Source: Ruminococcus albus 7 = DSM 20455 (lineage in GTDB: Bacteria; Bacillota; Clostridia; Oscillospirales; Ruminococcaceae). Taken from it: a stretch of DNA of 32,000 bases. The stretch spans positions 320,647 to 352,646 of the forward strand of contig NC_014825.1 in assembly GCF_000179635.2 (NCBI RefSeq), read 5' to 3'. Shown here one piece after another: positions 1 to 7,338 of this stretch; within the stretch, counting starts at the first letter, position 1, and each line of letters opens with the position of its first letter. The notes below the pieces were generated by a model. That model was given only the letters and a program-made list of their open reading frames with translations. It ran no database searches and was not told the origin of the DNA. A program made the position numbers and the translations under genes.

Positions 1-1
1 T

Positions 2-3000
2 TCACAGGCAGCAGATACAGCTTCGTCAGCTGCACCGTCGGGTAACAAGGACACTGATAGTGATACCACAGGAGATGAAACAACGTCCGACAGTGAGACT
101 ACCGACAGCGAAACGACAGACGATGAAAACGGTTTGAATGTTATAGACCTATCAGGTGAAGGCACCATAGCTGACAACATAAGACTGACTTCCCTTTCCG
201 CTGTTGAAAGAGGTGCATTCAGAGAAACACCTTCAACAAGGATAAACGTAGGTACCTCAGCCAAGGCAAGAAAATGGTCCGATAAAAAGAAAGAGGAAAA
301 GAAAAAGCTGACACTGATGGTATACATGGTCGGTTCTGACCTGGAAAGCAAACAGGCGCAGAAAGCCGCTACCATAGATATCGGTGAGATGATATACAGC
401 GGTCTTGATGACAAGGATGTAAACCTTGTGATATACTGCGGCGGTGCACAGACATGGTGGATACCCGGATATCCGGCAGGCAAGAATGCTTATATAGAGT
501 ACAAGTCCAAGGACTCCGATATACAGGGCGACAACGGTGCAGGTATAAATATCTATGAGACAGATAAAAAGAATATGGGCAAGGCTGATACCTTCGGCGC
601 ATTCCTCAAAGATGTTCCCGAGAAATATCCTGCAGATGACTATGCACTGATATGCTGGGACCACGGCGGCGGACCGGTGCTTGGCTACGGCAGCGACGAA
701 CTGAACGTTGACAGCAAGACGAAACTTGGTGACAGCCTTACCATAGCTGAGATGAAGGACGCACTTGACAAATCCGATTTCAAGAAAAACAAGCTGAAAT
801 TCGTGGGCTTTGATGCCTGTGTAATGTCATCGATCGAGATAGCTGACCTCTGGCAGGACTATGCTGAATACCTTGTGGCTTCTGCAGATTCCGAACCTGG
901 CTGCGGCTGGAACTATGAGTTCCTCAAGGATGTAAAGGGCGATACCGATACCACCAAGATATGCAAGGGCATAATAAAGACCTACTTCGATTATCTTTCC
1001 AAGATCAGTTCAAGCTGCTATATCTCCGATGCCACCCTCGCAGCCTTTGACCTTTCAAAGACTGACAGCGTAAAGGAAGCTGTCGGCGGTGTATGCAAGG
1101 CAATGAACGATGACCTGAAGAACGGTGACAAGAAGTCATACGAGAAGTTCCTTGACGGTGTACACAGCTACGCAAGCTTTGACCTGGCTGACCTGGGTAC
1201 TATGGTAACTTCCCTTTCGGGCTCTTATGCTGATGAAACAAAGGAGCTGAAAAGTGCCATAAACGATATGGTGATAGACGGCACTACCACTATCAGCAAC
1301 ACCTGCGGAATGTCAGTATATTTCCCGCTTTCAAACAGCACCGCAGATCTGGAGACCAGCCTTATAATACTGAAGATCCTGGGCGGCGGCGACTACATAA
1401 AGAACGATCCGCTCAACTCAGATTACCATGCACTGATGAGTACTCTGCTGAGCAATACTGATGTAGATGTGGGAACACCTTCATCAAAGCCAGACAGCAG
1501 TTCCTCAAAGAAGGATGAAAAATCATCCTCAAAGGCTGAGTCAAGCTCCTCAAAGAAGGACGAAAAATCATCCTCAAAGGCTGAGTCAAGCTCCTCAAAG
1601 AAGGACGAAAAATCATCTTCAAAGGCTGAGTCAAGCTCCTCAAAGAAGGACGAAAAATCATCCTCAAAGGCTGAGTCAAGTTCCTCAAAGAAGGATGAAA
1701 AGTCGTCCTCAAAGGCTGAGTCAAGTTCCTCAAAGAAGGATGAAAGCTCATCAAAGCCCGATAACAACGGAAACTCATCTGCATCGGCATCCGCACTCGA
1801 TAAGCTGGATCTGACAGTGGTTGAAAAGGGTGCAAAGTCCTCCGATAAGGAATTCAAGGACGACGGCTGTGCCTACTCAAAACTGCCCAAGGAAGAACTT
1901 GCCAATATCCGCGGCGTTTACTACACAGTACTCAAAAACGTGTCCATGGACGAAAAGAAAAAGAGCTGGGCACCTTATGTACTTTATATACCTGCCGAGG
2001 TGGATAACAAAGGCATAGCAAAAATGGATCTCGACCCGACCATCATCGGCGTTGTTACCGATAAGGATGCAGAGCCTAATATCTGTCTTACCAAGTATCT
2101 GGGTGACGGAAATTACCGTTCATCCGGTACACTCAGTTCTACCCGTGATCTTGCCGATGAGTATCTCAGAGTAAATATACAGTCTCACGTTGACGAAAAA
2201 GGCAATTCAGCTATCACAGGCGTTACCTCAAATCAGAACACAGACAGCGGCGTACCTATAGCTTCCAAGGACGATATCGACCTTAACGAGTGGCTGTCAT
2301 TCAGTTCACCTGTCACAGGCTATGCACCCGATCCCAAGAACCCCCGCAAGCATTTCAGCGAGGGTACTGCCGATACGCTCGGCGCTGCATTCAGCCTTCT
2401 TGGCGATAACTTCGATGTCAAAGCCTGCAAGCCCTCTGATATACCGGGCGAATACGCAATACAGATGAGCGTGTTCACCATCGACGGCAAAGAGTACTGC
2501 AGCAACATCGGCAGCTGGAACATAAAGGACGGAAACACTGAAAAGCTGAAAGAAGCAAAGGTGGATAAGGGCGTACTTAAATTTGCCGTACACGATGACT
2601 ACGCTGAACTTGTAAAGTTCGAGAAATCAGGAAAGGAGGAGCCCAAAAAGCTCACCGTTCCCGACAAGTTTGAAGGCAAGAAGGTAACAACTGTCCGCGA
2701 CGGTGCGTTCTCAGGCACAAGCCCCGAGGAGATAGTATTCCCCGACAGCGTTGAGTACATAGGCTATCTTTCTTCGGGTTCTTCCGCAACAAAGAAAGTA
2801 ACTCTCCCCAAAAAGCTCAAGAGCATACCCGATGAGATGTTCAGCTATTATACTGAACTTGAAAGTATCGAGATACCGTCCACAGTAGAGAGCATCGGCG
2901 CTTTCGCTTTTGAAAACTCAGGTCTGAAGGAAATAACTATACCAAAGGGCGTAACCTATATCGGTGACGGTGCATTCAAGGAGTGCGGTTCGCTCGACAA

Positions 3001-3532
3001 GATAACCATTGAAAGCGGCTCCAAGAACTACATCGCAGAGGATAATGTTCTCTACACCGCAGGCAAGAAAAAGCTGCTGGCATTTACAGGACGTAAACAC
3101 AAGGAATTCACTGTACCCGAGGGCGTCACCGAGATAAACAGATATGCCTTTGCAGGCAGCTTTGAACAGGGGCTGTCCTTCGGAAATGTCAGCGGAGATT
3201 CTGACGGTCTTACAAAGATCAGTTTCCCCAAGACCCTTGTAAAGATAGGTGACTTTGCTTTTGAAGGCTGCACAGGCTTCAGCGAGATCATTCTCCCCGA
3301 CAGCCTTGAATACCTGGGTACAGGCGCATTCGGTCATGCTTTCATACAGTCATCGGAGACCGAACTGGCTGTGCTGAAACTTGGTCCCAATTTAAAGAGG
3401 ATACGTTCTTTTGCAATCTCGGGCTACAAGATCAAAAAGTTAGAGGTAGACAAAAAGAACACCTGCTTCAGGACCGACGGCAAGAAACTTACAAGTATCG
3501 ACGGATCGGTGGAAATAAAGCTCACCAAATAA
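2..3532 (+). CDS. Secreted/surface multidomain protein (5' end outside window): clostripain-like peptidase C11 domain, Ser/Lys-rich tandem-repeat linker, and C-terminal BspA-type leucine-rich repeats
   Basis: Frame 2 is open from base 2. The low-complexity stretch SQAADTASS...TDSETTDDENG precedes the TTG at 134 used by the ORF track, so the true start is upstream of the window. C11 hallmarks are present: MVYMVGSDLES, ICWDHGGGP (catalytic His) and FVGFDACVMSS (catalytic Cys). The last ~450 aa consist of repeated 'I.IP..V..IG..AF..C..L..I' units typical of LRR_5/BspA repeats. Confidence 0.85.
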   Translation, partial: SQAADTASSAAPSGNKDTDSDTTGDETTSDSETTDSETTDDENGLNVIDLSGEGTIADNIRLTSLSAVERGAFRETPSTRINVGTSAKARKWSDKKKEEKKKLTLMVYMVGSDLESKQAQKAATIDIGEMIYSGLDDKDVNLVIYCGGAQTWWIPGYPAGKNAYIEYKSKDSDIQGDNGAGINIYETDKKNMGKADTFGAFLKDVPEKYPADDYALICWDHGGGPVLGYGSDELNVDSKTKLGDSLTIAEMKDALDKSDFKKNKLKFVGFDACVMSSIEIADLWQDYAEYLVASADSEPGCGWNYEFLKDVKGDTDTTKICKGIIKTYFDYLSKISSSCYISDATLAAFDLSKTDSVKEAVGGVCKAMNDDLKNGDKKSYEKFLDGVHSYASFDLADLGTMVTSLSGSYADETKELKSAINDMVIDGTTTISNTCGMSVYFPLSNSTADLETSLIILKILGGGDYIKNDPLNSDYHALMSTLLSNTDVDVGTPSSKPDSSSSKKDEKSSSKAESSSSKKDEKSSSKAESSSSKKDEKSSSKAESSSSKKDEKSSSKAESSSSKKDEKSSSKAESSSSKKDESSSKPDNNGNSSASASALDKLDLTVVEKGAKSSDKEFKDDGCAYSKLPKEELANIRGVYYTVLKNVSMDEKKKSWAPYVLYIPAEVDNKGIAKMDLDPTIIGVVTDKDAEPNICLTKYLGDGNYRSSGTLSSTRDLADEYLRVNIQSHVDEKGNSAITGVTSNQNTDSGVPIASKDDIDLNEWLSFSSPVTGYAPDPKNPRKHFSEGTADTLGAAFSLLGDNFDVKACKPSDIPGEYAIQMSVFTIDGKEYCSNIGSWNIKDGNTEKLKEAKVDKGVLKFAVHDDYAELVKFEKSGKEEPKKLTVPDKFEGKKVTTVRDGAFSGTSPEEIVFPDSVEYIGYLSSGSSATKKVTLPKKLKSIPDEMFSYYTELESIEIPSTVESIGAFAFENSGLKEITIPKGVTYIGDGAFKECGSLDKITIESGSKNYIAEDNVLYTAGKKKLLAFTGRKHKEFTVPEGVTEINRYAFAGSFEQGLSFGNVSGDSDGLTKISFPKTLVKIGDFAFEGCTGFSEIILPDSLEYLGTGAFGHAFIQSSETELAVLKLGPNLKRIRSFAISGYKIKKLEVDKKNTCFRTDGKKLTSIDGSVEIKLTK
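1499..1756 (+). repeat. In-frame 45-nt tandem repeat, 5 full copies plus a partial copy, encoding (SSSKKDEKSSSKAES)n
   Basis: Units start at 1499, 1544, 1589, 1634 and 1679, with a partial unit from 1724. Copies differ only at a few synonymous positions (gat/gac, agc/agt, tcc/tct, aaa/aag). The repeat explains the three spurious alternative-frame ORFs at 1413-1857. Confidence 0.95.
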
Positions 3533-3549
3533 CGATAAACAGCGTAACA

Positions 3550-3582
3550 GGGCTCATGCAGCAGCATGAGCCCCTCTGTTTT
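3550..3582 (+). terminator. Rho-independent terminator of the C11/LRR gene
   Basis: Perfect 10-bp stem GGGCTCATGC (3550-3559) / GCATGAGCCC (3564-3573) with loop agca, followed by ctctgtttt. Confidence 0.85.
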
Positions 3583-3597
3583 ATGTAGTTAAAAGTC

Positions 3598-3626
3598 TTG
3601 ACAATATCGCTTTAGTGTGGTATAAT
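3598..3626 (+). promoter_or_regulatory. Sigma-A type promoter for the TrpB-like gene
   Basis: TTGACA (3598-3603), 17-nt spacer, TATAAT (3621-3626), preceded by TGg (extended -10). Confidence 0.7.
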
Positions 3627-3672
3627 ATTAATACTTTATAGTTTTTTAGCAACGAAAGGAGTTTTTTGTATA

Positions 3673-5040
3673 ATGGCAACCAATATACCTTACAAAACTT
3701 ATCTCGAAGAAAGTGAAATGCCAAAGCAGTGGTATAATGTCAGAGCTGATATGAAGAACAAGCCTGCTCCCCTGCTCAATCCCCAGACCCTCAAACCCAT
3801 GACCGCAGAGGAACTGGGCGTAGTATTCTGTGATGAACTGGTACAGCAGGAACTGAACACCACTGATGCTTACATAGATATCCCCGAGGAGATACGCGAG
3901 TTCTATAAGATGTACAGACCCTCACCTCTGGTAAGGGCTTACTGCCTTGAAAAAGCTCTGGGTACTCCCGCAAAGATATACTACAAGTTCGAGGGCAACA
4001 ACACCTCCGGCAGCCACAAGCTCAACAGTGCTATCGCTCAGGCTTACTATGCAAAGAAGCAGGGTCTGAAGGGCGTGACCACAGAAACAGGAGCAGGTCA
4101 GTGGGGTACTGCGCTTTCAATGGCTTGTTCATATTTTGACCTGGACTGCAAAGTGTTCATGGTAAAGGTAAGCTATGAGCAGAAGCCTTTCCGCCGTGAG
4201 GTAATGCGTACCTACGGTGCTTCCGTAACACCTTCACCCTCTGAGACCACCAACGTAGGCAAGAAGATACTTGCTGAACACCCCGGCACTTCGGGAAGCC
4301 TTGGCTGCGCTATTTCCGAGGCAGTAGAAGTTGCTGTCGGCACTGAGGGCTACCGTTACGTACTGGGCTCCGTACTCAATCAGGTACTGCTGCACCAGTC
4401 GGTTATCGGTCTGGAGAGCAAGGCTGCTTTTGAGAAGCTGGGCGTTAAGCCTGATATCATCATCGGCTGCGCAGGCGGCGGCTCCAATCTCGGCGGACTT
4501 ATCGCGCCTTTCATGGGTCAGAAGCTCCGCGGCGAAGCTGACTACCGTTTCATAGCAGTTGAACCTGCATCCTGCCCCAGCCTTACACGCGGCAAGTACG
4601 CTTATGACTACTGCGATACAGGTATGGTTTGCCCCCTTGCTAAGATGTACACTCTGGGCAGCGGTTTCATACCCTCTGCAAACCACGCAGGCGGTCTGAG
4701 ATATCACGGCATGAGCAGCACACTTTCTCAGCTGTATGATGACAAGCTGATGGAGGCTGTAAGCGTTGAGCAGACTAAGGTATTTGAGGCTGCACAGCAG
4801 TTTGCACGTGTTGAGGGAATACTCCCCGCACCCGAATCCAGCCACGCTATCCGCGTAGCTATCGACGAAGCACTCAAGTGCAAGGAAACCGGTGAGGAAA
4901 AGACCATCTTCTTCGGTCTTACAGGTACAGGCTACTTCGATATGGTGGCTTACCAGAAGTTCAATGACGGTCTGATGACCGACTATATACCCACCGATGA
5001 TGATCTGGCAAAGGGCTTTGCAGGTCTGCCTAAGGTATAA
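3673..5040 (+). CDS. TrpB-like pyridoxal-phosphate-dependent enzyme (tryptophan synthase beta, TrpB2-type), stand-alone
   Basis: 455 aa. The N-terminal extension (YLEESEMPKQWYNVRADM..KPAPLLNP) is characteristic of the TrpB2 group. The PLP-lysine motif is NTSGSHKLNSA and the GGGSN loop is CAGGGSNLGG. RBS AAAGGAG lies upstream. No trpA or other trp genes are adjacent. Confidence 0.9.
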   Translation: MATNIPYKTYLEESEMPKQWYNVRADMKNKPAPLLNPQTLKPMTAEELGVVFCDELVQQELNTTDAYIDIPEEIREFYKMYRPSPLVRAYCLEKALGTPAKIYYKFEGNNTSGSHKLNSAIAQAYYAKKQGLKGVTTETGAGQWGTALSMACSYFDLDCKVFMVKVSYEQKPFRREVMRTYGASVTPSPSETTNVGKKILAEHPGTSGSLGCAISEAVEVAVGTEGYRYVLGSVLNQVLLHQSVIGLESKAAFEKLGVKPDIIIGCAGGGSNLGGLIAPFMGQKLRGEADYRFIAVEPASCPSLTRGKYAYDYCDTGMVCPLAKMYTLGSGFIPSANHAGGLRYHGMSSTLSQLYDDKLMEAVSVEQTKVFEAAQQFARVEGILPAPESSHAIRVAIDEALKCKETGEEKTIFFGLTGTGYFDMVAYQKFNDGLMTDYIPTDDDLAKGFAGLPKV

Positions 5041-5055
5041 TAAATAATAAACATC

Positions 5056-5093
5056 GTGCGCTCACGGTCTTTCCGCGGGCGCACATTTTGTTT
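5056..5093 (+). terminator. Rho-independent terminator after the TrpB-like gene
   Basis: GTGCGC (5056-5061) pairs with GCGCAC (5079-5084). An inner CGG/CCG helix has a 5-nt loop. The hairpin is followed by aTTTTgTTT. Confidence 0.7.
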
Positions 5094-5103
5094 AATCAGC
5101 CGA

Positions 5104-5132
5104 TTGAAAATCATATAAAAATCGCGTATAAT
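5104..5132 (+). promoter_or_regulatory. Sigma-A type promoter for the MATE-like gene
   Basis: TTGAAA (5104-5109), 17-nt spacer, TATAAT (5127-5132). Confidence 0.6.
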
Positions 5133-5165
5133 GATAATTGTGATTTTTCAGAGAGCGGTGATATA

Positions 5166-5861
5166 ATGTCAAAGAGAACAATGACGGAGGGTACTCCGTG
5201 GAAACATATAGTCAGCTTTGCACTTCCTGTGCTGGCAGGATCTCTTCTTCAGCAGCTTTACAATACTGCAGATTCTGTCATAGTCGGCAGGAACGCTGGA
5301 CAATCGGCGCTATCGGGCGTGGGAACTACGGGTACATTCACTTTCCTGTTCCTCGCCATAGCCATAGGCTTTTCATCGGGCAACAGCGTGGTGATAGCCC
5401 AGCACTACGGTGCAGGCAAACCCGAACGTGTCAGACAGGGCGCACGTCAGACTACACTCATATCCGTTGGCATTACCATTTTGATAGCCGCTGCGATAAT
5501 GCTCACAGCCCCGAAGATAATAGACCTTTTTGCCCTGAATCATGCCGCCGCAGATTATTGCATACAACATCTGCGAACAATTGCGATGGTAAATTTGGTA
5601 CTGTCGGTATACATACCGCTCTTCGGCGTATTCCAGGGCACAAACCACAGCACCGTTCCCACTATTGTGGCTACCTGCGCACTAACTGTACGAGTTATAG
5701 TCACCTACATTTTCAGATACAGTGACTTTTTCGGATACACCATAATATGGTGGAACGGTCTTTTCGGCTTCGGAACAGGCTGCACCATAACATGGTCATA
5801 CTACCTCAGCGGCAAGTGGCTTGATCACAAGTCTGCCTTCACTGAAAAAGACAGCATCTGA
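5166..5861 (+). CDS. MATE family efflux transporter, about half normal length (possible in-frame internal deletion or pseudogene)
   Basis: The MATE N-terminus is present (TEGTPWKHIVSFALPVLAGSLLQQLYNTADSVIVGR...AQHYGAGKPERV). The typical MATE C-terminus is also present (IIWWNGLFGFG...WSYYLSGKW). The protein has only ~231 aa, against ~450 aa and 12 TM helices for the family. The ATG at 5166 is preferred over the track's TTG at 5088, because 5088 lies upstream of the predicted promoter. Confidence 0.7.
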   Translation: MSKRTMTEGTPWKHIVSFALPVLAGSLLQQLYNTADSVIVGRNAGQSALSGVGTTGTFTFLFLAIAIGFSSGNSVVIAQHYGAGKPERVRQGARQTTLISVGITILIAAAIMLTAPKIIDLFALNHAAADYCIQHLRTIAMVNLVLSVYIPLFGVFQGTNHSTVPTIVATCALTVRVIVTYIFRYSDFFGYTIIWWNGLFGFGTGCTITWSYYLSGKWLDHKSAFTEKDSI

Positions 5862-5873
5862 TATAACGAACCG

Positions 5874-5912
5874 GCCCCCGTCACAGTTCATTAGCACGGG
5901 GGCTGAGTTTAT
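5874..5912 (+). terminator. Probable terminator after the MATE-like gene
   Basis: GCCCCCGT (5874-5881) pairs with ACGGGGGC (5896-5903) across a 14-nt loop, followed by tgagTTTaTTTa. The loop is long and the T-tract is interrupted. Confidence 0.5.
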
Positions 5913-5937
5913 TTATGAACCAAGCTGAAACTTTATA

Positions 5938-5966
5938 TTGTATTTTATCGGCAGGTATGGTATAAT
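5938..5966 (+). promoter_or_regulatory. Sigma-A type promoter for the GNAT gene
   Basis: TTGTAT (5938-5943), 17-nt spacer, TGg-TATAAT (5961-5966). Confidence 0.6.
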
Positions 5967-6039
5967 GATACAAAGCTGTATCCCATGACCGATAAAGAAC
6001 GTTGATACGGCAGATGATAATTAAAGCAGGTGAAAGTCC

Positions 6040-6588
6040 ATGAATATAAGACTTATAAATATCAAACATGACACCACCGACATTGATAAGATCATGCGGC
6101 TGTATAATACCGCATTTCCGTCGGATGAACGCGCACCTTTCGGGATACTTGTAAAAGGTGCCGCAAAGCCAAACGTTAATTTTTTCAGCTGTCTTGACGG
6201 TGATACCTGGATAGGATTTATCTATACCGTCAACTACCGTGATCTCAGCTATGTGTTCTATTTTGCCGTGGATGATGCTGTGCGCGGCAAGGGGTACGGC
6301 ACTGCCATACTGAAGGCGGCTCAGAAAAAGTACAGCGGCAGAAAGCTGTTCCTGGCAATAGAAGAAGTCGATAAAAAATACAAAAACTACAGTCAGCGCG
6401 TAAACAGACTTCGTTTTTACGAGCGTGCAGGATTTGTGCGTACAGGTCAGAAGATGCAGGAAGCAAAGGTCATATACGACCTGATGAGTACAGGCGGCAG
6501 GATACAAAACGCTGAATACCGAAAACTCATGAGATCATTTGCAGGACTGCGTATGCTGCTGTTCACTGTTAAAATACTGAATGACTGA
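6040..6588 (+). CDS. GNAT family N-acetyltransferase
   Basis: 182 aa. The acetyl-CoA binding motif A is FAVDDAVRGKGYGTAILKAAQ (R-x-x-G-x-G). RBS AGGTGA lies 7 nt upstream of the ATG. Confidence 0.85.
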   Translation: MNIRLINIKHDTTDIDKIMRLYNTAFPSDERAPFGILVKGAAKPNVNFFSCLDGDTWIGFIYTVNYRDLSYVFYFAVDDAVRGKGYGTAILKAAQKKYSGRKLFLAIEEVDKKYKNYSQRVNRLRFYERAGFVRTGQKMQEAKVIYDLMSTGGRIQNAEYRKLMRSFAGLRMLLFTVKILND

Positions 6589-6597
6589 TATAATAAC

Positions 6598-6637
6598 AAG
6601 ACCTCCGCAGTAAGATGATACCGCAGGAGGTCTTTTA
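6598..6637 (+). terminator. Rho-independent terminator after the GNAT gene
   Basis: AAGACCTCCGC pairs with GC(a)GGAGGTCTT, running into TTTT. Confidence 0.75.
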
Positions 6638-6840
6638 ATGACTATTAAATTCTTACATGGTTATCCCTTTAACACAACATTACAAAGTGCTATATAACAC
6701 GGTAATATCGTGTCGTAGTTATCATTCCCCCGCCTGCGGCGGGTGAGGATAACCGCCAAGTGTTTCAAGTTCCGATATAATACTAATTAATGTGGTGTGT
6801 CATCGGGATAATCTCGTATTAAGAGCAAGCCCGTATGCCT

Positions 6841-7236
6841 TTAGTATGTGTTATCAAATAGAATACATTTCGTGTTTTGTTTGAACCATTCCATATATTC
6901 TTTTTTATGGCGAATAAGGAATATAAATTCATCAATTTCAAAAACCATCTCGATTAATGAATTTTTTGCATATTCAGCCGCAACTGTATCTATGATATGA
7001 ACTTCATTTTTATCGTTTGAAATTATATACTGATTTCCTTCTAAAAAAATACCTTTATAACCGCTATCGTTGCAGATCATATCAGAATATTCCTGTATTT
7101 TTGTTTCATCATTCGCCTTTATAAATCCAACAATGATATCAACATCATCAATATCACCTACTTCAGAAAATAAATAATCCTCAAACATATTTATTGTCAT
7201 ACGATCATATTTTTTCATTATATTTTCAATCGTCAT
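6841..7236 (-). CDS. Hypothetical small acidic protein (131 aa), the passenger gene of the cassette
   Basis: The ATG at 7236 is preceded by AGGTGA (7241-7246) with 4-nt spacing. The track's longer start at 7299 lies only ~4 nt downstream of the predicted transcription start and has no RBS. The ORF is visibly AT-rich compared with its neighbours. No recognisable catalytic or DNA-binding motifs, no TM segment and no signal peptide. Confidence 0.65.
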   Translation of the reverse strand: MTIENIMKKYDRMTINMFEDYLFSEVGDIDDVDIIVGFIKANDETKIQEYSDMICNDSGYKGIFLEGNQYIISNDKNEVHIIDTVAAEYAKNSLIEMVFEIDEFIFLIRHKKEYMEWFKQNTKCILFDNTY

Positions 7237-7309
7237 AATATCACCTATTTTATGGAATTTTGCACGGAAAGACAGTCCAGACTTGATCAAAGTCATCATA
7301 AATTAATCT

Positions 7310-7338
7310 AATATACGTTTCTCCTTTTACAAATTCAA
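7310..7338 (-). promoter_or_regulatory. Sigma-A type promoter inside the cassette, driving the passenger ORF
   Basis: Minus strand: TTGAAT (7338-7333), 17-nt spacer, TATATT (7315-7310). Confidence 0.55.

Noticed and set aside
1499-1756. Possible CRISPR array, given the regular direct repeats
   Set aside because: The repeats are contiguous with no spacers, lie in frame within a long CDS, encode a low-complexity peptide, and have no cas genes nearby.
1413-1857. Three ORFs (1413-1835 -, 1423-1857 -, 1467-1814 +) with repetitive translations
   Set aside because: They are alternative-frame or antisense readings of the 45-nt tandem repeat inside the C11/LRR gene. Their openness is an artefact of repeat periodicity, and none has an RBS.
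3627-3672. Trp T-box or attenuator upstream of the TrpB-like gene, and an L-box upstream of lysA (8824-8863)
   Set aside because: The leaders are only ~40-45 nt, far too short for a T-box (~200 nt) or a lysine riboswitch (~180 nt). No leader peptide with Trp codons is present.
5088-5165. Upstream TTG start for the MATE-like ORF, and similar long starts at 14707 (aminopeptidase), 17158 (sigE), 7299 (passenger ORF) and 29565
   Set aside because: Each extension either lacks an RBS, lies upstream of the predicted promoter, or overlaps the preceding gene. Internal ATGs with good Shine-Dalgarno spacing match family N-termini.
5881-6507. 208-aa ORF on the minus strand (also 4234-4845 -, 12437-12973 -, 16439-16970 -, 27896-28345 +, 28867-29466 +, 21865-22622 +)
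   Set aside because: All are antisense or overlapping frames of genes with clear family motifs. None has a credible RBS or promoter.
6656-6815. Riboswitch, T-box or retron msr/msd explanation for the structured 160-nt unit
   Set aside because: It lies downstream of terminators in convergent intergenic regions, not in a 5' leader. No reverse transcriptase gene is nearby. Its two copies have independent target duplications, which marks it as mobile DNA.
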